From NCBI GenBank assembly GCA_038256005.1, contig JBBSKW010000001.1, positions 1 to 60,321 on the forward strand: 60,321 nt of DNA. The letters run 5' to 3'. Origin of the DNA: Pyrinomonadales bacterium. GTDB lineage: Bacteria > Acidobacteriota > Blastocatellia > Pyrinomonadales > Pyrinomonadaceae. Shown here piece after piece: positions 48,824 through 58,668 of this stretch. Made by a program: the position numbers and the translations under genes. The notes below the pieces were generated by a model. The model was not told where the DNA came from and made no database searches. It saw nothing but the letters and a program-made list of their open reading frames with translations. Positions within the stretch are counted from its first letter, which is position 1. Each line of letters begins with the position of its first letter.

Positions 48824-49825
48824 TCACTGATTTGCAATCATAGCTAACACGACCGCGAAGTTCAGGATGAGGTAGATGATCACTAATATACTTGCAACCA
48901 ATCCGATCGCTCCGGTGATCAAACCTCCCAAGGCGAGCCCAGCACCGCCGTAATTGGCCGGATCATTGTTTATCTTACCTCTAGCCATAAATCCTGTAAT
49001 AACAGCAATTAGCGGAACGATGAATGTACCGCAACAGATAGTCAACCCAAGAACGCCTGAGATAAGGGAAACAAGGGCCAGCGTGGTGTTCTGTCCTGAT
49101 GCCGCGACCGACGGATTCTGTCCAAAATTCTGTTGATCCTGCATATTTGACTCCATTGCTGCCGGCGGCGTCCATTCAGCCTTGGCAAGCGGTTCTGCGG
49201 CTTCTGGAGCCGAGTGCTCAAAAGGATTGTATTCCGTTTCTGGTTCCGCAAATTGCGGAGTTTGTTCCAGGGCTTCAGGTTCATTCGACTCCAACGAAAA
49301 TGGCGAAGCAGGTGGTTCAGGAGACAAAAATGGGGATGCTGGCTCGGTTGAGGAATTTGATGGTACCGGATCCGCCGAAGACATTCGTGCATCACCAAAA
49401 GGCGACGGTATCGCCGGCGAGCTTTGCGAAAACTCGTCGGGCGGCGGCGAACTAAATTCCGGTGCGGCAATACTCGGTTCGATGAACTTTGGAGCTTCCG
49501 GTTCAGGCGACGACGACGGAACATCGATAACGTTTTCGTCAGCGTCATCCAGTCTGGCCATTTCAGCTCGAAGTTCAGCCTCCGACACTACCTGAGTCTT
49601 TCCAGAATCAAAAGGTTCAGGTATCTCAAGCACCTGTTCTTCAGCCGCCATTGGTTCCTGCGCTGTCGAAAGCGAAGCCATTGCCGCAGCAATTTCGTCT
49701 TTGCTCGCGACCATTGTCTTGAACGGATCGACCTCTTCGGGGTCGCCAGCGAGAGCCGTACCATCGATCTGGCAAAACTTTAGGTTGTCGTCGAATGTTT
49801 TATCGCACGTCGGGCAGCGTTTCAT
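48824..49825 (-). CDS. Zinc-ribbon protein with a P/E/S-rich linker and a C-terminal DUF4190-like membrane domain
   Basis: The N-terminus is MKRCPTCDKTFDDNLKFCQIDGTAL. An acidic proline-rich region of about 200 aa follows. The C-terminus is GFMARGKINNDPANYGGAGLALGGLITG, flanked by TM helices. Confidence 0.65.
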   Translation of the reverse strand: MKRCPTCDKTFDDNLKFCQIDGTALAGDPEEVDPFKTMVASKDEIAAAMASLSTAQEPMAAEEQVLEIPEPFDSGKTQVVSEAELRAEMARLDDADENVIDVPSSSPEPEAPKFIEPSIAAPEFSSPPPDEFSQSSPAIPSPFGDARMSSADPVPSNSSTEPASPFLSPEPPASPFSLESNEPEALEQTPQFAEPETEYNPFEHSAPEAAEPLAKAEWTPPAAMESNMQDQQNFGQNPSVAASGQNTTLALVSLISGVLGLTICCGTFIVPLIAVITGFMARGKINNDPANYGGAGLALGGLITGAIGLVASILVIIYLILNFAVVLAMIANQ

Positions 49826-49937
49826 CAGTTATCTTCCTTGATCAAGAAACTATCGGGATGAGGAACATCGGCGGAGAATGCAAATCCTGCATTCCCTGCA
49901 CCGAATCCGCAATTGCTTACCCTTTATACCCTTAGCT

Positions 49938-50354
49938 TTAGACTAATTCAAGTTTGCTAAAGAAATAAGCGATCTCGATCGCCGCATTTTCGTCGGAATC
50001 CGAACCGTGAACGGCGTTTTCTCCGATCGACGCTGCGAAGTCTTTTCGCATCGTTCCCTCCGCAGCCTCGGCCGGATTTGTCGCGCCCATCAGCTCACGC
50101 CACGCCGAAACGGCATTCTCTTTTTCGAGCGCCAACACAACGCACGGCCCGCTCGAAATAAATTCCGTAAGCTCGCCAAAAAACGGCCGTTCCGCATGAA
50201 CCGCATAAAAACCTTCAGCTTCTTTCTTCGTCTGATGGATCAATTTCATCCCGCGGATCTTAAATCCCGCAGCCAAAATTCGATCGACGATCTTTCCATG
50301 GTTACCCGCACGCACAGCGTCCGGCTTAATAATTCCAAATGTTAAATTGCTCAT
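49938..50354 (-). CDS. ndk: Nucleoside diphosphate kinase
   Basis: Starts [14 protein letters not shown] and contains NAVHGSDS. I prefer the ATG at 50354; the track ORF extends upstream into the sucD 3' end. Confidence 0.93.
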   Translation of the reverse strand: MSNLTFGIIKPDAVRAGNHGKIVDRILAAGFKIRGMKLIHQTKKEAEGFYAVHAERPFFGELTEFISSGPCVVLALEKENAVSAWRELMGATNPAEAAEGTMRKDFAASIGENAVHGSDSDENAAIEIAYFFSKLELV

Positions 50355-50439
50355 TAAATTTACCTTATTATTTAAGTATGTCCGAAGTATCTTGAGTGGA
50401 TGTAAGTCCGCGGAATGTCCAGCAACTCGCGCGAAGTAC

Positions 50440-51324
50440 TTACGCCACGGCTTTCGACCCCAAAACCTCAACGATCGCGGCACCAATATCTGCCGGTGAT
50501 TGTACTACTCGAATTCCGGCTTCGGTCAGAGCTTTCATCTTTTCAGCGGCAGTTCCTTTTCCGCCCGAAATTATCGCACCGGCGTGGCCCATGCGGCGTC
50601 CTGGAGGTGCGGTCTGACCGGCGATAAATGCGACGATCGGTTTGGTGACATTATCTTTAGCGAAAGCAGCAGCCTCTTCTTCGGCGGTTCCACCAATCTC
50701 GCCGATCATTACGATCGCGTCGGTTTCGTCGTCCGCCTGAAACAATCTCAAAGCGTCGGTATGCGTCGTTCCGATGATCGGATCGCCGCCTATGCCGATC
50801 GCGGTAGATTGACCAAGGCCTAACGCTGTTAATTGGCCGACAGCTTCATATGTAAGCGTTCCCGAGCGCGACACGACTCCAATTCGGCCTTCTTTGTGAA
50901 TGTGGCCAGGCATGATACCGATCTTGCATTTGCCGGGCGAGATGATACCGGGGCAATTTGGGCCGATCATTCTTGTCGAACGCGTACTCAGATATTCGTT
51001 AACCTTCACCATGTCCGCGATAGGAATACCTTCAGTGATACAAACGACCAGCGGCAACCCCGCGTCGGCAGCTTCCATTATCGCGTCCGCAGCAAATGCC
51101 GGCGGAACGTAAATCACCGAAGCATTCGCACCCGTTTCCTTAACGGCATCGGCAACAGTGTTGAAGACTAGAATGCCTTCGTGCGTTGTGCCGCCTTTCC
51201 CGGGTGTAACGCCGCCAACCACGTTCGTGCCGTATTCGACCATCTGAAGCGTGTGAAACGTGCCCTCTTTTCCGGTTATGCCCTGAACAATTAGACGTGT
51301 GTTCTTATCGACTAAAACTGCCAA
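50440..51324 (-). CDS. sucD: Succinyl-CoA synthetase alpha subunit
   Basis: Contains [25 protein letters not shown] and the phosphohistidine loop GHAGAII. The start appears to be TTG. Confidence 0.93.
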   Translation of the reverse strand: MAVLVDKNTRLIVQGITGKEGTFHTLQMVEYGTNVVGGVTPGKGGTTHEGILVFNTVADAVKETGANASVIYVPPAFAADAIMEAADAGLPLVVCITEGIPIADMVKVNEYLSTRSTRMIGPNCPGIISPGKCKIGIMPGHIHKEGRIGVVSRSGTLTYEAVGQLTALGLGQSTAIGIGGDPIIGTTHTDALRLFQADDETDAIVMIGEIGGTAEEEAAAFAKDNVTKPIVAFIAGQTAPPGRRMGHAGAIISGGKGTAAEKMKALTEAGIRVVQSPADIGAAIVEVLGSKAVA

Positions 51325-51516
51325 AGTGTTTCTCCTGATCTGGGTTTATATAAAGCGAAAGTATAACACGGTCAACATTTTCCTCTGCAATTGCCATCTG
51401 AAAACTTTTTTTGAACATTTTCCGTCGTATATCCGTTTTGCTTCTGTATCCAAACGGAATTTGGCGCGGTGGTTTATCGTCGATCCAAAATCCGCAATCT
51501 AAAATCCGAGATCGTT

Positions 51517-52761
51517 ATGCGGCAGCTTTATTCATTTTATTCCGACGCCTTCTGGATCGCTTTGAAGTCGATCCTTGAACACAAGCTGCGCGCTCTGCTC
51601 ACGCTTGTCGGCATTATCATCGGCGTTGCAGCGGTGGTGGTCGTCGGTGCGTCGATCGCGGGTTTGAAGACTTACGTTATCGATCAGGTCTCCAAAGTAC
51701 TCGGGTCTAATCATTACATGATGACCCGAATGGCGAGCATGGAAGACCTTTCCGATGAGGAATTTGAACGCCGAAACCGCCGACACAAGGACATCACCTG
51801 GGAAGAATATGAATATCTTCGCGATAATCTAAAACTCTCGTCCTATGTCGGGGCACAGATGAATGCCGGAGCTGACTTGCAGGAAGGCACCGTCGAAATG
51901 CCGTCGGTTCGGATGATGGGCGTGACCGACAACATGGCCGATATCGAGGACAAAACCCTTGAAGAAGGTCGTTTCTTTTCAAAGGAGGAGGTAACGCGAA
52001 ATTCTGCGGTCGCTGTCATCGGCATGGACGTAAAGGAAAAGTACTTTGAGTTCACATCGCCTATTGGAAAGACCCTAAAGATCCGTGGTGTGCCCGTTAC
52101 TATTATCGGTCTGGAAAGGAAACGCGGCTCATTCTTTGGTCAGTCACAGGATCGGCACGTCTATATTCCGATCACGCTTCACAATCAGATATTCAGCCGC
52201 AGAGATGGCGTCCAGGTCCATGGCAAAACGGTCGAGAAAGTAAATTTTCATCCTGCTATCGAGGAAGCTGAGCTGCTACTTCGAAATCGACGCCAACTGC
52301 TCGGCAGCGACGAGAGTACATTCTCCGTCGTTAACGTTGATGAGTTCAACAAGACTATGGATCAGATCACCGGTGCGATCGCAACGGTCGTTATTCCTAT
52401 CACGCTGATCATTCTCGTCGTCGGCGGAATCGTGGTGATGAACATCATGCTCGTTTCCGTGACTGAAAGAACTTTTGAGGTAGGACTAAGGAAAGCGATC
52501 GGGGCAACGAGAAAACAGATCCTTTTGCAGTTTCTTATCGAATCAGCCTTGCTTTGCGTTGTCGGCGGCATTCTAGGACTAGTCGTTGCGATCCTTGCTA
52601 CTCAATTGGTCGGCTATGCCCTTTCCATGACGATGTCGATCACTGCCGGATACGTATTTCTTTCTATCGGCGTATCGACGGGTATCGGTATTTTGGCAGG
52701 GCTTTATCCGGCATGGAAGGCTGCTCGGCTCGATCCGATAGTCGCGTTGCAAAAGACTTAA
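51517..52761 (+). CDS. MacB/FtsX-type ABC transporter permease
   Basis: It has an N-terminal TM helix, a large periplasmic MacB_PCD-like domain and a C-terminal FtsX 3-TM bundle (VTERTFEVGLRKAIGATRKQIL). I prefer the ATG at 51517. Confidence 0.85.
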   Translation: MRQLYSFYSDAFWIALKSILEHKLRALLTLVGIIIGVAAVVVVGASIAGLKTYVIDQVSKVLGSNHYMMTRMASMEDLSDEEFERRNRRHKDITWEEYEYLRDNLKLSSYVGAQMNAGADLQEGTVEMPSVRMMGVTDNMADIEDKTLEEGRFFSKEEVTRNSAVAVIGMDVKEKYFEFTSPIGKTLKIRGVPVTIIGLERKRGSFFGQSQDRHVYIPITLHNQIFSRRDGVQVHGKTVEKVNFHPAIEEAELLLRNRRQLLGSDESTFSVVNVDEFNKTMDQITGAIATVVIPITLIILVVGGIVVMNIMLVSVTERTFEVGLRKAIGATRKQILLQFLIESALLCVVGGILGLVVAILATQLVGYALSMTMSITAGYVFLSIGVSTGIGILAGLYPAWKAARLDPIVALQKT

Positions 52762-52762
52762 T

Positions 52763-54028
52763 ATGGCCATCGCATCATCATTACCGATAGAAGTTCTCAA
52801 GATGGCGTATGACAGCGTTATCTCGCACAAGTTTCGTTCCGCGCTAACGATCTTAGGCATAGTCGTCGGCATTATCACTTTCGTGGTTGTTGCCTCGATC
52901 TTGACCGGAATGCGAGGCAACATCATAAAGATGTTTGAGGAATACGGCACGAACAATATCTATCTTTTCCATCTTTCAACCGGTTTTGGCCCTAGCAACC
53001 GCGATGAGCGAAATCGTAAAGCACTGACGATGGATGACGCTTACGCTATTGTGGCCCAATCTCCGGCTGTTCAAGACGTCGCCACCGTTGCCGTAAACAT
53101 CGGCTCATGGGGAACCGGTTTTGACGACAATATGATCTACGGCGATAAGAACTTTCGTTGGGCCCTTACCGACGGAGTGACGCCGAATTATCTCGAGGTA
53201 GCGAACGTTAGGTTAAAGAATGGTCGTTGGCTGACCGAAATGGACGAATATGAGCGTCGAAAGGTCTTGGTAGTAGGCGTTAATGCGGTCGACGCATTGT
53301 TTAATTCTGACGCCGATGAAGCTCTGGGGAAAGAGATCAGAATGAACGGCACGACATGGCTTATTGTCGGTGTGCTTGAAAAACGCGAGGCGGGGTTTTT
53401 TGGCGAAAACGAAGAGGATCGAAAGATCTTTATGCCGTTTCGCACCGCACGAAAGTCAGCTCCGACCCGCGATGCAGTTCTCCACATCGCACAGGCAAAG
53501 CCGGGCCGGCTCAATGACGCTGTTCAGGAAATAGAAGGTGTTTTACGCGTACGGCGGGAAGTAAAGACCGGCGAGCCAAATAATTTCGACGTTAAAACCG
53601 CTGACGATTTCATGAAGCAATTTGACGGGATGATCGCGGGGATCGGCATCGCTGCCATCGCTATTTCCGGACTTGGACTACTAGTCGGCGGAATCGGCGT
53701 AATGAACATTATGCTAGTGTCGGTGACCGAACGGACGAAAGAGATCGGCATCCGCAAAGCTCTCGGTGCGACGCGTTCTAATATCGTCCTGCAATTTCTC
53801 GCTGAAGCAATGGCTCTGACGTTCCTCGGCGGCGTTATCGGACTCTCGATCTCGATCGGGATCTCAAATTTGATAATGCTGCTGCTACCGACTCTGCCGG
53901 CAAAGGTCGAGATCTGGATGATCGTTTCCTCGCTCACTATCTCCGTCCTTATCGGCCTCGTTTTTGGAGTTCTACCCGCCCGAAAAGCCGCAAAACTCGA
54001 CCCAATCGAATGTCTGCGCTACGAATAG
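52763..54028 (+). CDS. MacB/FtsX-type ABC transporter permease, a paralog
   Basis: Same architecture as the upstream gene (VTERTKEIGIRKALGATRSNIV). It starts 1 nt after the upstream stop. Confidence 0.85.
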   Translation: MAIASSLPIEVLKMAYDSVISHKFRSALTILGIVVGIITFVVVASILTGMRGNIIKMFEEYGTNNIYLFHLSTGFGPSNRDERNRKALTMDDAYAIVAQSPAVQDVATVAVNIGSWGTGFDDNMIYGDKNFRWALTDGVTPNYLEVANVRLKNGRWLTEMDEYERRKVLVVGVNAVDALFNSDADEALGKEIRMNGTTWLIVGVLEKREAGFFGENEEDRKIFMPFRTARKSAPTRDAVLHIAQAKPGRLNDAVQEIEGVLRVRREVKTGEPNNFDVKTADDFMKQFDGMIAGIGIAAIAISGLGLLVGGIGVMNIMLVSVTERTKEIGIRKALGATRSNIVLQFLAEAMALTFLGGVIGLSISIGISNLIMLLLPTLPAKVEIWMIVSSLTISVLIGLVFGVLPARKAAKLDPIECLRYE

Positions 54029-54042
54029 TGCTAAAGTGACAT

Positions 54043-54510
54043 ATGTCATTTCCATTTACGAAGGCATTGTTGATCGGTGTTGTCGCCGGAATGCGAAGCA
54101 TGACCGCCCCCGCAGTGGTATCAGCATCAATTACTAAACTGGATGCGGAAACTCTCGGATCGTTATATGTTATTGCTGATCCGAAAGTCGCAACTATTCT
54201 CGACATTGGCGCCGGTGCCGAACTCGCCGCTGACAAATTCCCATTTATCGGACCGCGGATCAATTCGGGGCCGCTAGTATTTCGAGCGGTTTCAGGTGCT
54301 ATCTGTGGTGCGACGGTTTCGAAGCTAAATCATGAAAATATGGTGGTTGGAGCAATCGCGGGCGGAGTTGCTGCCGTGATTTTCGCTCACGTCGTATACT
54401 CAGCACGAAAGCATTTAAACTGCGATTTGGGAATTCCTGATCCGCTACTGGCCATAGCCGAAGATACTGCCGCGTGGACTATCGGACGTTTAGCGGTCGC
54501 ACGCAATTAA
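54043..54510 (+). CDS. DUF4126-like membrane protein
   Basis: 155 aa and glycine/alanine-rich, with a multi-TM pattern (LLIGVVAGMRSMTAPAVVS). Confidence 0.55.
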   Translation: MSFPFTKALLIGVVAGMRSMTAPAVVSASITKLDAETLGSLYVIADPKVATILDIGAGAELAADKFPFIGPRINSGPLVFRAVSGAICGATVSKLNHENMVVGAIAGGVAAVIFAHVVYSARKHLNCDLGIPDPLLAIAEDTAAWTIGRLAVARN

Positions 54511-54511
54511 C

Positions 54512-55009
54512 TTACTCACATTTGACCCGTTTCATCGGAATATCCATTCCACTGACCTTGCCGTTGTGATTGCCTTCGATGCGTGCAAAGAGTGAATCCG
54601 CATCGCCCTTCTTGTAAATAATGCGTTGCGGAAAATCGTGTGCGGGATTTTCGAAGACCACTTCGGTAGCCGTTGCCTTCGCCAATCTAAACGCCGTTTC
54701 CTCTTTGCTGGATGAAGGCTTAGCAATGTAATCAATACCCGCTTTGCCGGACACGATCCGTAAAAATTCGTAAGAAACGGTTTTGCCGCCGACTACGGTT
54801 CTGCCTGTGCCGATAAGCGTTTCGCCGAGAGGCTTCATCCATTGCTCGGCTATCGTCATGTTTCGTTGTGGCACGTTCAGTTCCCAACAGCCTGCAATGA
54901 AGGCAAGATCCTCAACCTTTGGTTTTCCACCCTGTGCGTTGGCCGAAGAAAAAGCAATTGAAAGAAGAAGGGCGACCGACATCGTGTGGATACTATAGAA
55001 AGATCTCAT
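54512..55009 (-). CDS. Secreted hypothetical protein, possibly DUF6265-like
   Basis: 165 aa with a signal peptide. The conserved-looking blocks are FIAGCWE and FENPAHDFPQRIIY. Confidence 0.5.
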   Translation of the reverse strand: MRSFYSIHTMSVALLLSIAFSSANAQGGKPKVEDLAFIAGCWELNVPQRNMTIAEQWMKPLGETLIGTGRTVVGGKTVSYEFLRIVSGKAGIDYIAKPSSSKEETAFRLAKATATEVVFENPAHDFPQRIIYKKGDADSLFARIEGNHNGKVSGMDIPMKRVKCE

Positions 55010-55098
55010 CGTATTTAAACTCCGGAAAAACTAGATTTGTAACTACATTCACAAACTAGCAGTCGCCCAGTTGTTCGTATTGTATAAATCCGACAGTG

Positions 55099-55908
55099 CT
55101 ATTCGCCGACAACAAATAGTTTCGACATTCGATGTGAACTTGCACGAAAAGCCGTCGGGCTGGTTCCGGCAAACGATGCAAATTCGCGGTTCATATGTGG
55201 CTGATCGTAATATCCGCATTCGATAGCAGTGCCCGCGAGATCGCTGACAGTTCCAGTTTCGAGAAATCGGATCATTCGTTGAAATCGGTTGATTCGTGAG
55301 AATAGCTTTGGGGAAATGCCTACGCGTTCGGCAAATCGCCGCTCCAACCGTCTTTCGCTCCAACCAAGTTCCCTTGCGAGTTTCCTGACCGACGTTCGTG
55401 CGATCTTAAGTGAATGAACTGCGTACTCCATCTCATTCGAACTCGCAAGATCCAAGACCCTTAGCTCATCGAGGTATTTTTCGAACACTGTGACGCGATC
55501 GTGAAAGTCAGTCGCAGATGCAAGCTGCTCGTGGAGACGATCTTCGTTCGTGCCCCAAATATCGCCAAGACATTCGATGCGATCGGTAAGCTGAGAAAGC
55601 GGAAACCGGAAAACGCCGAATGCACCGGCAGGTTTGAATCGAACGCCGAAGAGCGAGACCTTACCGCTAGGCCCGATCAATAGATGCTTCGTCATTTGAC
55701 CGGCCGCGATCGTCCGTGGCTGAAGGTCACATTCGTTGTCGTTAGTGAAACGTCGAAACCGATCGGAAAGATTAAAGATCAATTCAGGACAGCCGTCGGG
55801 CAGAACAGGCTGAATCGAATCGCCGGGGGAGGCGTCATCTTCGATCACCCAGAAGCGTTTGATCCGGGCGGCGTATCGCGGAGATGGAGATGATTCAAGA
55901 CAATTCAT
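55099..55908 (-). CDS. AraC-family transcriptional regulator
   Basis: 269 aa with a C-terminal double HTH (VRKLARELGWSERRLERRFAERVGISPK ... GYYDQPHMNREF). Confidence 0.8.
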   Translation of the reverse strand: MNCLESSPSPRYAARIKRFWVIEDDASPGDSIQPVLPDGCPELIFNLSDRFRRFTNDNECDLQPRTIAAGQMTKHLLIGPSGKVSLFGVRFKPAGAFGVFRFPLSQLTDRIECLGDIWGTNEDRLHEQLASATDFHDRVTVFEKYLDELRVLDLASSNEMEYAVHSLKIARTSVRKLARELGWSERRLERRFAERVGISPKLFSRINRFQRMIRFLETGTVSDLAGTAIECGYYDQPHMNREFASFAGTSPTAFRASSHRMSKLFVVGE

Positions 55909-55911
55909 CGA

Positions 55912-57312
55912 CTAAAGCTCGATCGTTTCTTCGTATCCCGGCACGACAACATTCCAGCCAAATCGCTCGCGGATATGTTCTGCCATTGCTTCCGCGGCTT
56001 CAGGTTCACCGTGTGTGGTGAAGATTGTTTTGGGGGCATTTGGTACGCCTTCGAGCCAACGCAGCACTGCCTTCCAATCGGCGTGTGCAGAAAAACCTTC
56101 CACCTTCTCCACGTGGCACCGAACCGGCAACCAATTCTTCATTATCTTTACTTCTTTCTCGCCGTCCTGGACGCGACGCCCGGTCGTTCCTGCGGCTTGA
56201 AAACCAACGAAAACCACTGTTGCATTCTCATCCGGCAGCATTCGCATCGCGTGATGCATTACACGTCCACCGGTCATCATTCCCGATGCCGAAATTATGA
56301 TCCGAGTACCTTTCATCGAATTTAATTTCATTGATTCATCGCGGCTCGATGCTGTTGTCATCGAAGCGGTTCGCAACGGATGCCGCTTAGTATTAATAAT
56401 TGAAACGTATTCTTCATCGTGTTCTTCAGACCATCGGCCGTAAACCTGCGTCGATTTTGCCGCCATCGGAGAATCTACGATTACGGGTAAGATCGGAATG
56501 CGTTTCTCGTCCTCCAATTCGCGGATCAGATAAAGGACTTCCTGAGTTCGCCCAACGGCAAATGCAGGAATTAAGATCGGTCCGTTTCGTTCGGCGGCCT
56601 CGTTGATAATGCGTGCCATCTGCGTAGGCGAATCAACATCGCCATGCAAACGATTGCCGTAGGTCGATTCGACCATTAAGTAGTCGCAGCTTGGCGGCGA
56701 CGCGGGATCCTTCACGATCGGTTGATCGTAATGCCCTAGGTCACCTGAGAACAAAAAGCGAAGGTCTTCGCCATTCTCTTTCGCGCCTTCTAGCTCCAGC
56801 AGAACAAGGCTCGCTCCCATGATATGTCCCGCGACCATAAAGCTTGCCTTGATACCCGGACAAATATTCACCGGCGTTGCATCGTTTGGAACAGGATGGA
56901 TCAGCTTTAACGTTTCATTAGCGTCATTCTCGTCATATAGAGGTAAGGCCGGAGAATGCGAGGTAAGGGCGTTTCGATTTCGGTAATCGGCGTCTTCTTC
57001 CTGAATACGGCCGGAATCGGGCAGCAATATTTTCAGCAGATCGTTGGTCGCACGAGACGTGAAAACCGGCCCTTTGAACCCGAGTTTTACGATGCGTGGC
57101 AAATAGCCCGTGTGATCGATGTGTGCGTGTGTGATTATTACGGCATCGAGCGAGCGTGGATCGAACTGCGGCTCTTGCCAATTTCGCTCGCGAAGTTCCT
57201 TATAGCCTTGGAACATTCCGCAGTCCACGAGGATCTTTTTATCATCGTGTTCGACCAAATACTTCGAGCCCGTAACCGTTCCGACGCCGCCATAGAAAGA
57301 TATCTTTGCCAT
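55912..57312 (-). CDS. MBL-fold beta-CASP family hydrolase (RNA-metabolising metallo-beta-lactamase)
   Basis: 466 aa with HAHIDHTG (HxHxDH) and beta-CASP-like motifs. The C-terminus is GFSAHAD and THGE. Confidence 0.85.
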   Translation of the reverse strand: MAKISFYGGVGTVTGSKYLVEHDDKKILVDCGMFQGYKELRERNWQEPQFDPRSLDAVIITHAHIDHTGYLPRIVKLGFKGPVFTSRATNDLLKILLPDSGRIQEEDADYRNRNALTSHSPALPLYDENDANETLKLIHPVPNDATPVNICPGIKASFMVAGHIMGASLVLLELEGAKENGEDLRFLFSGDLGHYDQPIVKDPASPPSCDYLMVESTYGNRLHGDVDSPTQMARIINEAAERNGPILIPAFAVGRTQEVLYLIRELEDEKRIPILPVIVDSPMAAKSTQVYGRWSEEHDEEYVSIINTKRHPLRTASMTTASSRDESMKLNSMKGTRIIISASGMMTGGRVMHHAMRMLPDENATVVFVGFQAAGTTGRRVQDGEKEVKIMKNWLPVRCHVEKVEGFSAHADWKAVLRWLEGVPNAPKTIFTTHGEPEAAEAMAEHIRERFGWNVVVPGYEETIEL

Positions 57313-57387
57313 GCGGAGATAGTAGCAACGAATAACTCATAACTAAAAGTGAATAACGAATAATGGATAACGAATATTCACTCTTCA

Positions 57388-58668
57388 CTAATTCACGTAT
57401 TCCTTCGGGAACCAAAACACATTATCTGGCTCTTCCGATTTTGATTGGGTCTTTCTGAGGTTTGCGTGACCCAGCAGCTGCTTTGCGGTTTCACCATCCG
57501 TCCAAAATGTGGCGGTACCGAAGTTCAGGCTTATCTTGATGCTTTGCACTTCGTCGATCGCAAATTCGCTCACACTGAAATGTTCAACGATACGGCCTAA
57601 GATGTCAGACAATGTAGCTTCCGTCGCGGTCGGCAGGATGATGAGAAACTCGTCGTTCGTGGACCGAGCCAGAAAATCCATCTTGCGTAATTGCTGGCGC
57701 AACCCGGCAGATACGAATAATAGGACCTTATCCCCCACGGCATGGCCGAGATCACGATTTATCTCATCAAAACCACGTACATCAGCGGTCATCACCGAAA
57801 GCGGACGCTCATCTCGAAAACGGTGCGATTCGGCCAACTGGTTTTCTAGCACCATGAAAAATGCGCGTTCATTTGGAAGGCCCGTGAGCGGATCCGTAAG
57901 TGCGTTTGAGAGCGATCGCTCGAACGAAAACGAACCGAGGAAGAGAGGGGCGATTCGCGCTCCGATGTTCGTGAGCGATAGCTTCGTCACTTCAAGATCG
58001 TCGGGAATTTCCTTCAAAAAGATCATAAATATGCCGAAGATCGCATCGTCATGAATCAACGGTATCGCTGCAGCAGCCGTGATCAGCCCTCCTGCATCCT
58101 CAATAACATACTCGCCGATTCGTTCCTCATCGGGATCTATCTCGACCTCGCCACCATGATAGGCAAGGCCGGATACACCTGCGTCCAACGGAAGAACGCT
58201 GGACCGAAGAACGATCTCATCGTTGCTTTCAGATTCTTTGATCTGGAAAAGCTCCCCGCCAACATCAGGGACGAGAAGCATGGACGCTTTGTGCGGCACG
58301 ATAGCATTCACACGACTCGACACAAGCCGGAACATATCCGCAGGCTCAAGTGAATTTCCGAAAAACGCATGAGCGTCATCAAAGGCGTCAAGATCTGCTT
58401 CAGTCTCGGGCAGTTCGTATCTTACGCGATCTTGTTGAACGTTCATCCGGGTCGCTCGAAACTTGAGAAAAGACCATCCGCAAATCAGAGCATAGGCCAC
58501 AGCCAGTGACGACAGTCCCGCAACCTTTAATTCCGGCGTGATCGACGATACGGCAATAAAATACGTAAACAACGGAGCCAGCAATCCAAACAATGCGAGC
58601 AATAAATGCGCCAACATTGTTGCAGTACCGTCGTCAAAAACTGTTTTCGAGGGTTGAGGATTTTCCAT
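57388..58668 (-). CDS. Membrane protein with a GAF-like region and a degenerate GGDEF domain (TNDEF) that retains the RxxD I-site
   Basis: 426 aa with N-terminal TM helices. The GGDEF-domain blocks are LTGLPNERAF and DLGHAVGDKVL. The signature reads RKMD-FLARS-TNDEF instead of RxxD-x5-GG(D/E)EF. Confidence 0.8.
   Translation of the reverse strand: MENPQPSKTVFDDGTATMLAHLLLALFGLLAPLFTYFIAVSSITPELKVAGLSSLAVAYALICGWSFLKFRATRMNVQQDRVRYELPETEADLDAFDDAHAFFGNSLEPADMFRLVSSRVNAIVPHKASMLLVPDVGGELFQIKESESNDEIVLRSSVLPLDAGVSGLAYHGGEVEIDPDEERIGEYVIEDAGGLITAAAAIPLIHDDAIFGIFMIFLKEIPDDLEVTKLSLTNIGARIAPLFLGSFSFERSLSNALTDPLTGLPNERAFFMVLENQLAESHRFRDERPLSVMTADVRGFDEINRDLGHAVGDKVLLFVSAGLRQQLRKMDFLARSTNDEFLIILPTATEATLSDILGRIVEHFSVSEFAIDEVQSIKISLNFGTATFWTDGETAKQLLGHANLRKTQSKSEEPDNVFWFPKEYVN

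Noticed and set aside
48954-49783. Alternative-frame ORFs of 118-168 aa across the proline/glutamate-rich region
   Set aside because: Low-complexity coding sequence keeps several frames open. Only the minus-strand frame links the zinc-ribbon N-terminus to the DUF4190-like C-terminus.
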